Shown one piece after another: positions 40,643 to 52,508 of a DNA stretch of 64,000 nt. The stretch spans positions 4,647-68,646 of the forward strand of contig CAVQRE010000004.1 of assembly GCA_963715115.1 (NCBI GenBank). Reading direction: 5' to 3'. The notes under the pieces are model-generated. The model was not told the origin of the DNA. It ran no database searches and saw only the letters and a list, made by a program, of their open reading frames with translations. Position numbers and translations under genes: made by a program. Source of the DNA: an uncultured Thermoleophilia bacterium. Lineage in GTDB: Bacteria > Actinomycetota > Thermoleophilia > Gaiellales > Gaiellaceae. Positions within the stretch are counted from its first letter, which is position 1. Each line of letters begins with the position of its first letter.

Positions 40643-41569
40643 TCAGCCGACGAGCGCCGGCTCGCGCAGCTGCTCGACCGCGCAAACCGATCGCGCCGCC
40701 TCCAGGAATGCCGACGCGTCGACACGCGGAGGCTGCGCACGGCTCCAGACGATCGCGATCGTCCTCGGCTCGACCACACCTTCGGCGAGATCGAGGATCG
40801 TGGTACCGGCCCACCGAACATCGGTCGCGAGCTCGGGCACGACGGCGGCACCGAGCCCCGCGGCGACCAGGCCGTGAACCGCTGCGCCCGTCTCCGCCTG
40901 CAGAACGAAGCGCGGCTCGACACCGCTCGCGATCAACTCGGATTCGACCTGGAGACGCGTGGGCGCGTGGGCGATCAACGGCAGCCGTCCGAGCTCGACG
41001 CAAGAGATCGTCCGCCGGCGTCGAGTCAGCGGCGCCCCCTCCTGCAGGAGCACGACGTACCTGTCGACGCAGAGCGGCAGGGCTTCGAACGGCCCGCGGG
41101 ACACCGGGGTGTCGATCAGCGCAAGGTCGAGGTCGCCGCGGGCGAGCGCAGCGAGCAGAGCACGCGCATCGGCATCTTCGCGCAGGACGACGGGCGCGGC
41201 GAACAGTCGGAGCACGGCGGGCACGAATCTGGTCTGCAGGTCGGGAGCCGCACCGACACGGAGCGCACCCGGCCCCATGCCCTCGAGCTCGGCGAGGTCG
41301 GCCTGAGCCGCCCGCACCCGGGCGATCACCGCCTGCGCGTGGGCGAGCATGATCTCGCCGGCCGGCGTCAGCGCGAGCGGGCGCGTTCCGCGCGAGCGTT
41401 CGATCAGCCGCCGGCCCGTCAGTCCTTCGAGGGCAGCGATCTGATGGCTGATCGCCGACTGGACGTACCCGAGACGGGAGGCGGCGCGGCGGAACGATCC
41501 CTCGCGGGCGACGGCCTCGAGCGCGATGAGATGCCGCAGTTCGACACCCGGCCACCACTCGCCCGCCAT
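40643..41569 (-). CDS. LysR-family transcriptional regulator
   Basis: The HTH reads LRHLIALEAVAREGSFRRAASRLGYVQSAISHQIAALE, followed by a LysR substrate-binding domain. The gene is divergent from a lipoprotein gene. Confidence 0.9.
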   Translation of the reverse strand: MAGEWWPGVELRHLIALEAVAREGSFRRAASRLGYVQSAISHQIAALEGLTGRRLIERSRGTRPLALTPAGEIMLAHAQAVIARVRAAQADLAELEGMGPGALRVGAAPDLQTRFVPAVLRLFAAPVVLREDADARALLAALARGDLDLALIDTPVSRGPFEALPLCVDRYVVLLQEGAPLTRRRRTISCVELGRLPLIAHAPTRLQVESELIASGVEPRFVLQAETGAAVHGLVAAGLGAAVVPELATDVRWAGTTILDLAEGVVEPRTIAIVWSRAQPPRVDASAFLEAARSVCAVEQLREPALVG

Positions 41570-41648
41570 GCAGACTCTGACGTCGCTCCGCCGAGTTCGT
41601 TGCCGCGCTGACGTTTTCTTAACAATTGGCCGAGGGTAGGCTCGACCG

Positions 41649-42170
41649 ATGAGCCCGGCACCACTCGCCCGCTCCGCCGTCGCGTCGTCGCTGGCCGTCG
41701 TGCTCACCGCGATCGGACTGCTCGGCGCCGGGTGCGGCGGAGCGAAGACGACGACGTCGACGAACGCTCAAGGCCAGACGGTGGTCAGCTGCCAGATCCG
41801 CTTCGCCAAGACGAAGTTTCTCCTGCACACGGGCGTCGCCGCCGGAGCGTTCTACCGGTACATCTACGACCCATGGCGGGCCGGCGCGTTCAAGAAGGGC
41901 GCACCGGGACGAAAGAAGGCGCTTGCGAAGGCAGGCGCATCGGGGCTCGTGGTCGTCCACGAGTTGAAGATCGCCGCGCGCGACGCTCAGTGCGACGGCC
42001 CGGCGCTGAAGGCGCTCGCTCGGCCGATGACTTCGGCGCTCGCAGCTGCCGCGACCCTGAGCGCGCTTGCCGGTGGGGGCGGGCTCGGATCGATCGGCAC
42101 GGCGGGCGCCGCGTTCGACGAGCTCAAGTCGGCGGCAGCGGCAGCGGGAGCCACGATCAAGCAGAAGTGA
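41649..42170 (+). CDS. putative lipoprotein
   Basis: Signal peptide with the lipobox LLGAGC. 173 aa; no family recognised. Confidence 0.55.
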   Translation: MSPAPLARSAVASSLAVVLTAIGLLGAGCGGAKTTTSTNAQGQTVVSCQIRFAKTKFLLHTGVAAGAFYRYIYDPWRAGAFKKGAPGRKKALAKAGASGLVVVHELKIAARDAQCDGPALKALARPMTSALAAAATLSALAGGGGLGSIGTAGAAFDELKSAAAAAGATIKQK

Positions 42171-42184
42171 TCGTGAGCTCTCGA

Positions 42185-42257
42185 TGGACCCAGGCGGGCT
42201 CGAACCGCCGACCTTCTGGCTGCCAGCCAGACGCTCTCCCAGCTGAGCTATGGGCCC
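42185..42257 (-). tRNA. tRNA-Ala (anticodon GGC)
   Basis: The reverse complement GGGCCCATAGCTCAGCTGGGAGAGCGTCTGGCTGGCAGCCAGAAGGTCGGCGGTTCGAGCCCGCCTGGGTCCA folds as a cloverleaf. The anticodon loop is CTGGCAG, the G3:U70 Ala identity pair is present, the T-loop is TTCGAGC, and CCA is not encoded. Confidence 0.9.
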
Positions 42258-42279
42258 TCCGGAAGCCCGAAGTGTAGCC

Positions 42280-42636
42280 CTACGCCGTCGCGGCTTCGAG
42301 CGCCTCGTGCGGGACGTCGTCCCAGAGCTCCTCGAGCCGGTAGAACGCGCGCGCATCGGGTGTGAAGACGTGCAACACGACGTCGACGTAATCGGCGATG
42401 ATCCACGTCGCCTCGACACCACCCTCGATCGACTTGGGCAGCAGCTGGTTCTCCTGCTTGAGCCGGCCGTGCACCTCGTCCCAGATTCCCTTGGTCTGCC
42501 GCGCGTTCCCACCCGTGCAGATGACGAAGTAGTCGGTGTACGCGCAGACGGGTCGCATGTCGAGGATGACGACGTCGCGTGCGAGCTTGTCCTGGACGAG
42601 CGCCGCGATCCGGCGTGCCTGTTCGAGTGGGCTCAA
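42280..42636 (-). CDS. rsfS: ribosomal silencing factor RsfS (iojap)
   Basis: Starts at TTG. The motifs DVVILDMRPVCAYTDYFVICTG.N.RQ and DYVDVVLHVF match the family. Confidence 0.85.
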   Translation of the reverse strand: MSPLEQARRIAALVQDKLARDVVILDMRPVCAYTDYFVICTGGNARQTKGIWDEVHGRLKQENQLLPKSIEGGVEATWIIADYVDVVLHVFTPDARAFYRLEELWDDVPHEALEAATA

Positions 42637-42658
42637 GCGTGAGGAAGTGTACCGGCGG

Positions 42659-44579
<1,921 letters not shown>

Positions 44580-44610
44580 TCACACGGCCGCGAGGCCCGA
44601 AGGCGGCGTC

Positions 44611-44871
44611 CTACGCCTGGTCGGGCTCGAGGACCGACACGCTACGGCGCTCGCCGCTCGTGCGGAACGAAACGGTGCCGGCACGCACGGCGAAGATCGT
44701 GTCGTCGCGACCGAGCTCCGTTCCCGGGCCGGGGCGGAACCTCGTCCCCCGCTGCCGGACGATGATGTTGCCGGGCACGACCGACTGGCCGTCGAACATC
44801 TTCACCCCGAGGTACTTCGGATTCGAGTCGCGGCCGTTCTTCGACGAGCCGAGTCCTTTCTTGTGCGCCAT
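44611..44871 (-). CDS. rpmA: 50S ribosomal protein L27
   Basis: [24 protein letters not shown]...[10 protein letters not shown]. Confidence 0.97.
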   Translation of the reverse strand: MAHKKGLGSSKNGRDSNPKYLGVKMFDGQSVVPGNIIVRQRGTRFRPGPGTELGRDDTIFAVRAGTVSFRTSGERRSVSVLEPDQA

Positions 44872-45441
44872 CTAGTGCTCCTCCTTCGCCTTCAGCGCGG
44901 AGTTGAGCGCAGCGATCGCGCCCTTGCGGGCAGCGTTCGCCTGCTCGTACTCGAGCGCCGCCTCGAGCATCGGGCGGTTCCAGCCCTTCGCGCTCTCTGC
45001 CACCTGCGCAACCGTCATCTCCTCGTAGCCCTTCGGCATCCCCTTGACGTGCTCATGCACCTCATGCTCGTCGACGGGAACTACCGGGATCGCCTCGGTC
45101 GCCTCGACCACCACAGGCGACACCTGTTTCGGCTCCTCGACCGCCTTCGCCTTCTTCGCCGGCGCACGTCCGGCGCCGCCGAGCGAGATCTCGATCCTGG
45201 TCATCGCCGCGCGGAACCCTGTGTGCCGCTTGTAGCCGGTTCGCCGCCGGTATTTTCCGATCCGGATCTTCGGCCCGCGCTCATGGGCGACCACCTTCGC
45301 GGTCACCGCCGCGCCGTCGCCGAGCAGGACGTCCGGCGCGAACGTCTGGCCTTCTTCGGTGCGGACGCGGTCGACGAGCAGCGTCTCGCCCTCGCGGACG
45401 CGATACTGCTTGCCGCCGACACGGATGATTGCGTAGTCCAT
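44872..45441 (-). CDS. rplU: 50S ribosomal protein L21 with an about 85-aa C-terminal extension
   Basis: MDYAIIRVGGKQYRVREGE...KYRRRTGYKRHTGFRA is the L21 core (about 103 aa). It is followed by an in-frame Lys/Ala/Glu-rich extension to 189 aa. Confidence 0.9.
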   Translation of the reverse strand: MDYAIIRVGGKQYRVREGETLLVDRVRTEEGQTFAPDVLLGDGAAVTAKVVAHERGPKIRIGKYRRRTGYKRHTGFRAAMTRIEISLGGAGRAPAKKAKAVEEPKQVSPVVVEATEAIPVVPVDEHEVHEHVKGMPKGYEEMTVAQVAESAKGWNRPMLEAALEYEQANAARKGAIAALNSALKAKEEH

Positions 45442-45452
45442 AGCGCACGAAA

Positions 45453-45470
45453 CGCGGGCACGCGCCCGCG
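45453..45470 (-). other. stem-loop in the rne-rplU intergenic region
   Basis: CGCGGGC-acgc-GCCCGCG forms a 7-bp stem, 12 nt upstream of the rplU start codon. Confidence 0.3.
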
Positions 45471-45496
45471 AAGCGGATGCAGTGTAGCCGGAGCCG

Positions 45497-48171
45497 CTAC
45501 TCCCCGTCGAGACCCCACTCGGACATCGGCGTGTAACCCCAGTTGTCATCGCCGTTCGCCGCGCCGGGTGCAGCCTCCACGGCTGAGACGTCGTCCGGAG
45601 CCTCGACAGCGGCGGTCGCTCCGTCCGCAGCGGGCTTCTTCTTCCGGTTTCGTCCGCCCCGCGTACCGCGGCGGGTGCGCTTGCGCGGCGCCGCCGGCCC
45701 GTCGCCGTCCCCATCGGCGCCGAGCGCACGGTCCGGGACGTGGATCACCGGGCCGCCGCCGTCTCCGTTCGCAGACGCCTCGGCGTCCTGCTCGACCACG
45801 TCCTGCGCGGTGTCCGGCAGCACCGTGTCGGTCGGTTCGGATCCGTTCGAGGCATCCGCCGCGACCGCTGTCGTCGCCGCGGTCTTCTTCTTGCGATTGC
45901 GGCCGCCGCGGGTTCCACGGCGGGTGCGCTTCTTCGCCGGCGGCGGGCCGTCGGCGCTCGCGCCGGGCGCCTCCTCGGCAGGCTCCTCGGGGTTCTCCTC
46001 TGCAGCCTCCTCCTCCTCGGCCACCGGCTCGTCTGCGACGGCATCCTCGGCCGCGGGCTTTGCCTTCGTCGCGCGGCGTGCGCGTGTCGGCTTCTCCGCC
46101 TCGGCCTCCGCCGTGAGCGGCTCGCGCGGCGCCTCGACCGGCGACAGCAGCTCGGCCCATGCCATCCCTTCGGTCACCAATGTGATGCGCGCCTTGATCT
46201 TCTTGCCGACCAGCTTCGCCGCATCGGCGACGTACACCTCGGCTCCGTCGAGCTTCGCCACCCCTGCGTGCGCGTCGTACAACCCGACCTCGCCGAGACT
46301 CAGCTCGAGCTCCTGGCCGACCTGCACCGGCGACTCGGGCGCGACCTTCTCGAGCGTCCCCTGCGCGAGCACGCGGAAGTGATCGACATGCTCGTCGGCC
46401 TTGCCGACGAGGAAGAATTGGCGCTTGGTCGTTTCTTCGATCTCGCGCAGTCGCGAGCCCGCGGGGCCTGCGACGATCGCTGCGGTCCGGGCGCTGACTT
46501 CAACCTTGAACGCCTTCGAGCGCGATCCCGGCGTGACGAGCGCGCGGAGCCGGCGCTCGACGTCGACCGCCGCTGTGTGCTCGGAGATGACGATGCCGTC
46601 GCCGCCGCAGGTCGGGCACTTCTTCGTCATCACCTCGCGCGGGCCGTCGGTCACGTTCTGCCTCGTCATCTCGACGAGCCCGAGCGGCGAGATCTCGACG
46701 ACATAGGTCTTCGTCCGGTCGCGCTCGAGCTCGGTGCGCAGCGCCTCTTCGACGGCGGCCCTGTTCTTCGGGTTCGCCATGTCGATGAAGTCGATGACGA
46801 TGATCCCGCCGATGTCGCGGAGCCGCAGCTGGCGGACAACCTCCTTCACCGCCTCGAGATTGTTCTTCGTGATCGTGTCCTCGAGCCTCGCGCTGACGAC
46901 TTCGACCGCGAGCCGACGAACCGCCCGGTGTTCACGTCGATCACCGTGAACGCTTCGGCGTAGTCGAAGACGAGATAACCCCCCGAGGGAAGATCGACCC
47001 GTCTGTTGAGCGTCGATCGGATCTCCTGTTCGACACCGAACGCCTCCATCAGCGGTTCGCGTTCCTTGTACCGGACGACGCGCTCGGCCATGTGAGGCGA
47101 CGTCTTCTTGAGGTAGCCGACGATGCGCTTGTGCGTGCGATCGTGGTCGACGTACAGCTTCTCGAAGTCACCCGTGAACAGGTCGCGCACCACGCGGAGC
47201 GGCAACTCGGCCTCCTGGTAGAGGAGTGCCGGGGCAGTCGACTCCTTGGCGCGGGCCTCGATCGACTTCCAGAGGCGCTGGAGGAAGTCGAGATCGCGTT
47301 CGATGTCCTCGGCCGACGCTCCTTCGGCAGCCGTCCGCACGATCACGCCGCCCTTCTTCGGGGCGCAGTCCTTGAGGATCGCCTTCAGCCGCGTCCGCTC
47401 GTCGTCTTCGAGCCGCCGCGAGACGCCCAGCCCTTCGCCGTGCGGGACGTAGACGACGAATCGCCCGGGAAGCGAGATCTCGGTCGTCAACCGGGCGCCC
47501 TTCGTCTTCATCGGATCCTTGACCGCCTGGACGAGCACCGTCTGCCCGCGCTGGATCAGATCCTGGATCTTTCGGGCACCGCGGCGCCCTTCGAGCTCGG
47601 GCGAGACGATCTCGTCGACGTAGAGGAAGCCGTTCTTCTCGAGCCCGATCTCGATGAACGCGGCCTCCATGCCGGGCAGCACGTTGTCGACGACGCCGAG
47701 GTACACGGCACCCGCGATCGACCGCCGCTCCGGCCGCTCGAGGTACACCTCGGCGACCTTGTCGTCCTCGAGCACGGCGACGCGCTTCTCGCCCGCATCG
47801 ACCGAGATCAGCAGCTCGCGTTTCGCCTTCGGCAACGGCGCGCGCTTCGGCGCCTGCCGACGGCGCGGCTGCTGCGTGCGCGCCTTGCGCTCGGCAGGCT
47901 TCTTCTTGTCTGCGCCGTCCGCCTTCGCGGCCTGCGCCTTCGCTGCGGGCGCCTGAGCGGTCGCCTCGGTGCCCGTCTTGCGCTTGCGGTTTCGCCCCCC
48001 GCGCGTGCCGCGGCGCCGCTTGTTCGGTGCGCCCGCCTCGTCGGAGCCCGCCGCCGGCCGGGCCGGGCGGCTTTCCGTGATCGTCAGCTCAGGGGTGTGT
48101 GGTGCTGCGTCGGCGGCCGTCGTCGGCGCCGGTCCTTCCGGCTTCTTGCGCCGGAACCAGGGTAGTGGCAA
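45497..48171 (-). CDS. rne: ribonuclease E/G family endoribonuclease (RNase E); one frame break near 46880
   Basis: Starts at TTG. The protein has an Arg-rich N-terminal region, an S1 domain (GAVYLGVVDNVLPGMEAAFIEIG) and the catalytic core (VIDVNTGRFVG ... DIGGIIVIDFIDM). It also has a Zn-link CPTCGGDG and an acidic/Arg-rich C-terminal scaffold. Confidence 0.9.
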
Positions 48172-48288
48172 AGAGTGTCTCCCGAATCGTGCGCGCGCTC
48201 GAGCCTGAATCGGCGAGCGTCACGCTGGTGTGGTTGAAAAGCCGTGGCATGGCCTGCTCTCAGGGTACCAGCAGGCCAGGAAGCGTTC

Positions 48289-48495
48289 CTACGCCACCTC
48301 GAACGCAGGTGAAAGCCTCGCCCGCCGGGCACGAATCGCACGCAGCCGCTGCGCGAGACGGGCCCAGGCCCACGGCTCGACCTCGCCGTAGCGCGTCTCG
48401 GTCTGGCCGCGCGTCGACTCCAGATACTCGAACCACGCGTCGGCCTCCTCGATCAAGAGCAGCTCGAGTGCCTCCTGGCTGCCGGTCAGACTCAT
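48289..48495 (-). CDS. small hypothetical protein
   Basis: Intact 68-aa ORF with coding-like composition. No family recognised. Confidence 0.3.
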   Translation of the reverse strand: MSLTGSQEALELLLIEEADAWFEYLESTRGQTETRYGEVEPWAWARLAQRLRAIRARRARLSPAFEVA

Positions 48496-48562
48496 CGAGC
48501 GTCACCTCCCAGTCATTTGCCAAGAGCGTAGGGACCGGGACCGGACGTCAATGGTCCGAGAG

Positions 48563-49330
48563 CTACTTGAAGGCGTTGAAGTAGCGCACTGCGGCCTCGC
48601 CGACGGCGCGTGTGCCCGTGTAGGCGATCGCGCCCTTCACGGCCCAGCCACCGAACGGCACGAAGTCGAGCAGGCTCCGTGCGATCGTGCGGAACGTGAA
48701 GCCGGCGCCGACGACGCCGGCCAGTTCGATCGCGCGCGCACGATCGATGCCCTCACCGTGGGCGAGCCCGATCCGGAGCACCAGCCGGAGCTGATTGAAC
48801 GTCAGGATCGGGAAGTCGACGCCCGGGATGAAGACGGCGACACCGATCAAACCGTTCCGCATGCTCGCGGCGGCGATCAGGCGGTCGGTGACGGCGCCCC
48901 GGAGAACCGGAAGCCGGGCTGCAAGCGCCAGACCCTCGTCGTCCAACTTCCGCGCCAACACCGTCGTGATCCGATCGATCGGGAAGCCTTGTCCCGCCGG
49001 AATGCGCACCAGGTCGTCGGGGAGCACATACGGGAGCGTTGCGGCCTCGGTCACCGCGATGATCGGGATCTTCGCCCGGTCGGCGGTTCGCAGCCTCTCC
49101 TCGTCGGCATCGCCGACCCAGATCAGTGCCGCGGCGACACTCACGTCCTGCTCGACGACTGCGTCCGGGTCTCCGCCCACCCGTAGCTCACGCGCGAGGA
49201 TCGGCACGAGCTCACGCGCCCCCGCGATCGCGAGCGGCTTGGTGTCGCTCTCCGCGCGCCGCACCTCGCGCAGGAGCGCGACGAGGCTCATCGGCCCGAC
49301 CTTGTTCTTCAACTTCGGCATCCCGGCCAT
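48563..49330 (-). CDS. DUF697-like protein (degenerate GTPase-like N-domain), last gene of the mre/rodA operon
   Basis: The C-terminal GVDFPILTFNQLRLVLRIGLAHG...FVPFGGWAVKGAIAYTGT resembles DUF697/YcjF-C. The start overlaps the rodA stop by 1 nt. Confidence 0.45.
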   Translation of the reverse strand: MAGMPKLKNKVGPMSLVALLREVRRAESDTKPLAIAGARELVPILARELRVGGDPDAVVEQDVSVAAALIWVGDADEERLRTADRAKIPIIAVTEAATLPYVLPDDLVRIPAGQGFPIDRITTVLARKLDDEGLALAARLPVLRGAVTDRLIAAASMRNGLIGVAVFIPGVDFPILTFNQLRLVLRIGLAHGEGIDRARAIELAGVVGAGFTFRTIARSLLDFVPFGGWAVKGAIAYTGTRAVGEAAVRYFNAFK

Positions 49331-50511
49331 CAGCGCCTCCGCACGTTACGGCGCATGTAGATCGCCTGCAGAATCCCGATCGCCAGGAAGTCGGTCAGCA
49401 TCGCGGACCCCCCGACGGAGACGAATGGCAACGGGATGCCGGTGATCGGCGCAATCCCCATCGCCATCGCGCTGTTGACGAACACCTGGAACAGGAACAT
49501 CGCCGCGATTCCCCCGGCAACGATCGCGCAGTAGAGGTCGCGCGCACTCGCCACCACCTTCAATGCGCGCCAGACGACGAGCAGGTAGAGCAGCAGCAGA
49601 ATGGACGCGCCGAAGAAGCCGCGCTCTTCGGCGAGCGACGCAAAGGCGAAGTCCGTCGAGTGCTCGGGCAGGTAGTTCAGCCTGGTCTGCGTCGCGCCGA
49701 GCACTCCGCGGCCGCGAAGCCCGCCGGCGCCGACCGCCGTGATCGACTGGCGCAGGTTGTACGTCGCGTCGCGTGGGTCGTTGTTGGGATGCGTGAAGCC
49801 GGTCAGGCGCGCCGACTGGTACGGCTTGAGGACGTTCACGCCTGCGGCCGGAAGCACCCAGAGAACGGCCAGGGCGCAGAGGACGGAGATCGCCGCGAGG
49901 ATGGCCAGGTGGCTCCAGCGCACGCCGGCGACGAACAGCATCGCCGCCAGCGCCGCCGTGTAGACGAGCGCGGTGCCGATGTCGGGCTGAACGAAGACGA
50001 GCAGGATTGGAGCGATGCCGTAGCCGATCGCTCCCAGCACCACGCCCGGGCTCGAGATCGACTTCGCACGATCTGCGAGGAACGCCGCGAGCGCAAGAAT
50101 CAGCAGCACCTTCCCGAACTCGGACGGCTGGAAGCGGAAGAAGCCGACGTCGAGCCATCGCTTCGACCCGCGGGTCGCCGCGCCCGCGACAAGCACGAGC
50201 AGCATGACGCCGAGCGTGCCGAAGTAGATCGGGCGGTGGAATCGCCGGTAGACCGCCGGGTCGACGAAGATCGCGCAGACGAACAGCAGCAACCCTCCGA
50301 GCACGTAGATCCCCTGCCGCTGCACCACAGAGCCGCCCGGGTCGTGCATCGTGATCCCGTTGATCGCCCACAGCCCGTAGGCGGCGAGTGCCGCGAGAGC
50401 AGCGAACAGCAGCCAGTCGAGCCGGCGGATGAGCGCGCCCGCGCCGATCGAAGGCGCGTGGCGGCGGGGACGAAGCCCCCGCGCTGTTGAGTCGACTGCT
50501 TCGATCGCCAT
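49330..50511 (-). CDS. rodA: peptidoglycan glycosyltransferase RodA (SEDS family)
   Basis: FtsW/RodA/SpoVE motifs: RFQPSEFGKVLLILALAAFL, HTDFAFASLAEERGFFGA and PLPFVSVGGSAM. The ATG overlaps the mrdA stop (ATGA). Confidence 0.9.
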   Translation of the reverse strand: MAIEAVDSTARGLRPRRHAPSIGAGALIRRLDWLLFAALAALAAYGLWAINGITMHDPGGSVVQRQGIYVLGGLLLFVCAIFVDPAVYRRFHRPIYFGTLGVMLLVLVAGAATRGSKRWLDVGFFRFQPSEFGKVLLILALAAFLADRAKSISSPGVVLGAIGYGIAPILLVFVQPDIGTALVYTAALAAMLFVAGVRWSHLAILAAISVLCALAVLWVLPAAGVNVLKPYQSARLTGFTHPNNDPRDATYNLRQSITAVGAGGLRGRGVLGATQTRLNYLPEHSTDFAFASLAEERGFFGASILLLLYLLVVWRALKVVASARDLYCAIVAGGIAAMFLFQVFVNSAMAMGIAPITGIPLPFVSVGGSAMLTDFLAIGILQAIYMRRNVRRR

Positions 50512-52508
50512 CAGTCGGAGGGATGTGCGTTCGGGGTGGCCGTGGTGTGGAAGTACTGCTCGAAGACCCTGAGCGCCGCAGGCGCCGCAGCCTCGCCGCC
50601 GTGGCCGCCGTTCTCGATCACGGCGCAGACGACGATCGACGGGTCGGCGTACGGCCCGTAGCCGCACCACCACGACTGGGTCAGGTTCTGCGGCGTCGGA
50701 TAGCCGGGAAGCGTCACTTCTTTCTCCGCCGACCCGGTCTTGCCGGCGATCTCGACCGGGAAGTTGCCGAAGACGCCGTACGACGTGCCGAGCGGCGACT
50801 GCGTCGCCTCCTCCAGCCCGCGCTGGACGTACGTCAGCGCGGTCGGGTCGACCCCGGTCGGCTCGGGCGGCTGCGCTCCGAAGGTCCGCAGGACGTGCTT
50901 CGGGCCGTTGGCGGCGCTCACCTCGACGTCATCGGCGATATGCGGTGTCACGAGCTTCCCGCCGTTCGCAATCATCGAGTAGACGCGCGCCATCTGAAGC
51001 GGCGTGACGAGGAGTTGCCCCTGGCCGATCGCGAGCTGGATCGAATAGCCGGGCTTCCAGGTGCGGTCGATCTCCGTGTACCCCTTGCTCGCCGGGTACG
51101 CCTGGCGCCGCCACTCCGGCGTCGGCATCAACCCTGCGGTCTCGGGCCCGAGGTCGACTCCCGTGGGCTGACCGAGTCCGAACCGGTTCGCCCATTCCTG
51201 CAACGGGTGCCCGCTGTTGGGAGGCAGCACGTAGAACCGGCGGCCGAGCTCGTAGAAGTACGTGTCGCACGACTCGGCGAGCGCGTTGATCAGATCCATC
51301 GGCTGGTCGATCAGCGGCGTCCAGTTGTTGAACGTTTGCTGGTACCTCGTGTACGTCGGCGTGCACGGGATCAGGTCGTTCGGCTGCATCAACCGCTCCT
51401 GCATCGCGGCCAGTGCCGTGACAGGCTTGAACGTCGAGCCCGGCGGGTAGCCGACGTCGATCGCGCGATCGAGCGCCGGGAAGTTGCCGGTTTCGGCTTG
51501 CTTGCCGATCACCTTGTCGAGCTTCGACGGATCCGGGCGACCCGAGAACACCGACGGCTCGTAGGTCGGGTTCGATGCCATCGCCAGGATCGAGCCGTCA
51601 CGCGGATTCATTGCGACGATCGCACCTCCATCGGCGTGCTCGCCGTCCAGGTTCGCGTGCGCGAGATGGATCCCGTACGTCAACGCGCGCTCCGCCGCGC
51701 GCTGCAGTCCGATGTCGAGCGTCAGACGCAGCGTCGATCCCGACTGCGGCAGCAGCTGGAGGGTCGACGACTTCGGGCGACCGCGCGAATCGACAGTCCA
51801 TTGCGCCTTGCCGTCGCGCCCACGGAGATAGGTGTCGTAGGTGCTCTCGATCCCCGCCTGTCCGATCGTGTCGGTCGGTTGGTATCCGCTCCGCTTCAGC
51901 TGCTTGTACTCCTGTGGCGAGATCTGGCCGACGTAGCCGAGTACCTGCGCAGCGAGCGACTGGTACGGATACTTTCGCAGCCAGCTCTGGGCGAGCCTGA
52001 CGCCGGGGAACGATTCGGCGTTCTCGCGCAGGTAGTAGATCTGGTCGTAGTGCAGCCCCGATTGCACGACGATCGGCGTCAGCGGATCGGAGCCGTGCTC
52101 ACGCAGCTGGCTCAACATGTCGCGTACCGACACGCCAGTGACCATCGAGAGACCGCGGAGCTCACGCCGCTCGGCGGCCCAGCTCTTCGGCAGGTCGGCA
52201 GGCCACAACTCGACTCGTGTCCCCGGCACGTTGCGCACGAGAACATGCCCGTTCCGGTCGAGGATCGGGCCACGGGGCGCCTGAATGCTCAGCGTCCGCA
52301 CGCGGTTGTCATTCGCCTGCGCGAGGTAGCGCGCACCGGACAGCACCTGCAGCGCCCAGAGGCGCAGGAACAACGCTGCGAAGATGGCGAGTGCGAGGAA
52401 GCCGAGGACCGCGATGCGGAACGCGAGTTGCGGCGTCAGCCGGTAGGGCTCTTCGACCCGCGGATCGCCGGGAAGGAAGCGCCCGCCGGGGGCGTTCGTG
52501 CTAGCCAA
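50511..52508 (-). CDS. mrdA: penicillin-binding protein 2 (elongasome transpeptidase)
   Basis: Intact 665-aa ORF with an N-terminal TM, a PBP dimerisation domain and a transpeptidase domain. The transpeptidase motifs are PGSTFKPV (SxxK), the SxN region and AGKTGSAE (KTG). Confidence 0.93.
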   Translation of the reverse strand: MASTNAPGGRFLPGDPRVEEPYRLTPQLAFRIAVLGFLALAIFAALFLRLWALQVLSGARYLAQANDNRVRTLSIQAPRGPILDRNGHVLVRNVPGTRVELWPADLPKSWAAERRELRGLSMVTGVSVRDMLSQLREHGSDPLTPIVVQSGLHYDQIYYLRENAESFPGVRLAQSWLRKYPYQSLAAQVLGYVGQISPQEYKQLKRSGYQPTDTIGQAGIESTYDTYLRGRDGKAQWTVDSRGRPKSSTLQLLPQSGSTLRLTLDIGLQRAAERALTYGIHLAHANLDGEHADGGAIVAMNPRDGSILAMASNPTYEPSVFSGRPDPSKLDKVIGKQAETGNFPALDRAIDVGYPPGSTFKPVTALAAMQERLMQPNDLIPCTPTYTRYQQTFNNWTPLIDQPMDLINALAESCDTYFYELGRRFYVLPPNSGHPLQEWANRFGLGQPTGVDLGPETAGLMPTPEWRRQAYPASKGYTEIDRTWKPGYSIQLAIGQGQLLVTPLQMARVYSMIANGGKLVTPHIADDVEVSAANGPKHVLRTFGAQPPEPTGVDPTALTYVQRGLEEATQSPLGTSYGVFGNFPVEIAGKTGSAEKEVTLPGYPTPQNLTQSWWCGYGPYADPSIVVCAVIENGGHGGEAAAPAALRVFEQYFHTTATPNAHPSD

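Noticed and set aside
42170-42280. tRNA-Ala as an integration hotspot flanking a mobile island
   Set aside because: No integrase, recombinase, phage gene or direct repeat of the tRNA 3' end was found on either side. The neighbours are rsfS and a lipoprotein/LysR pair.
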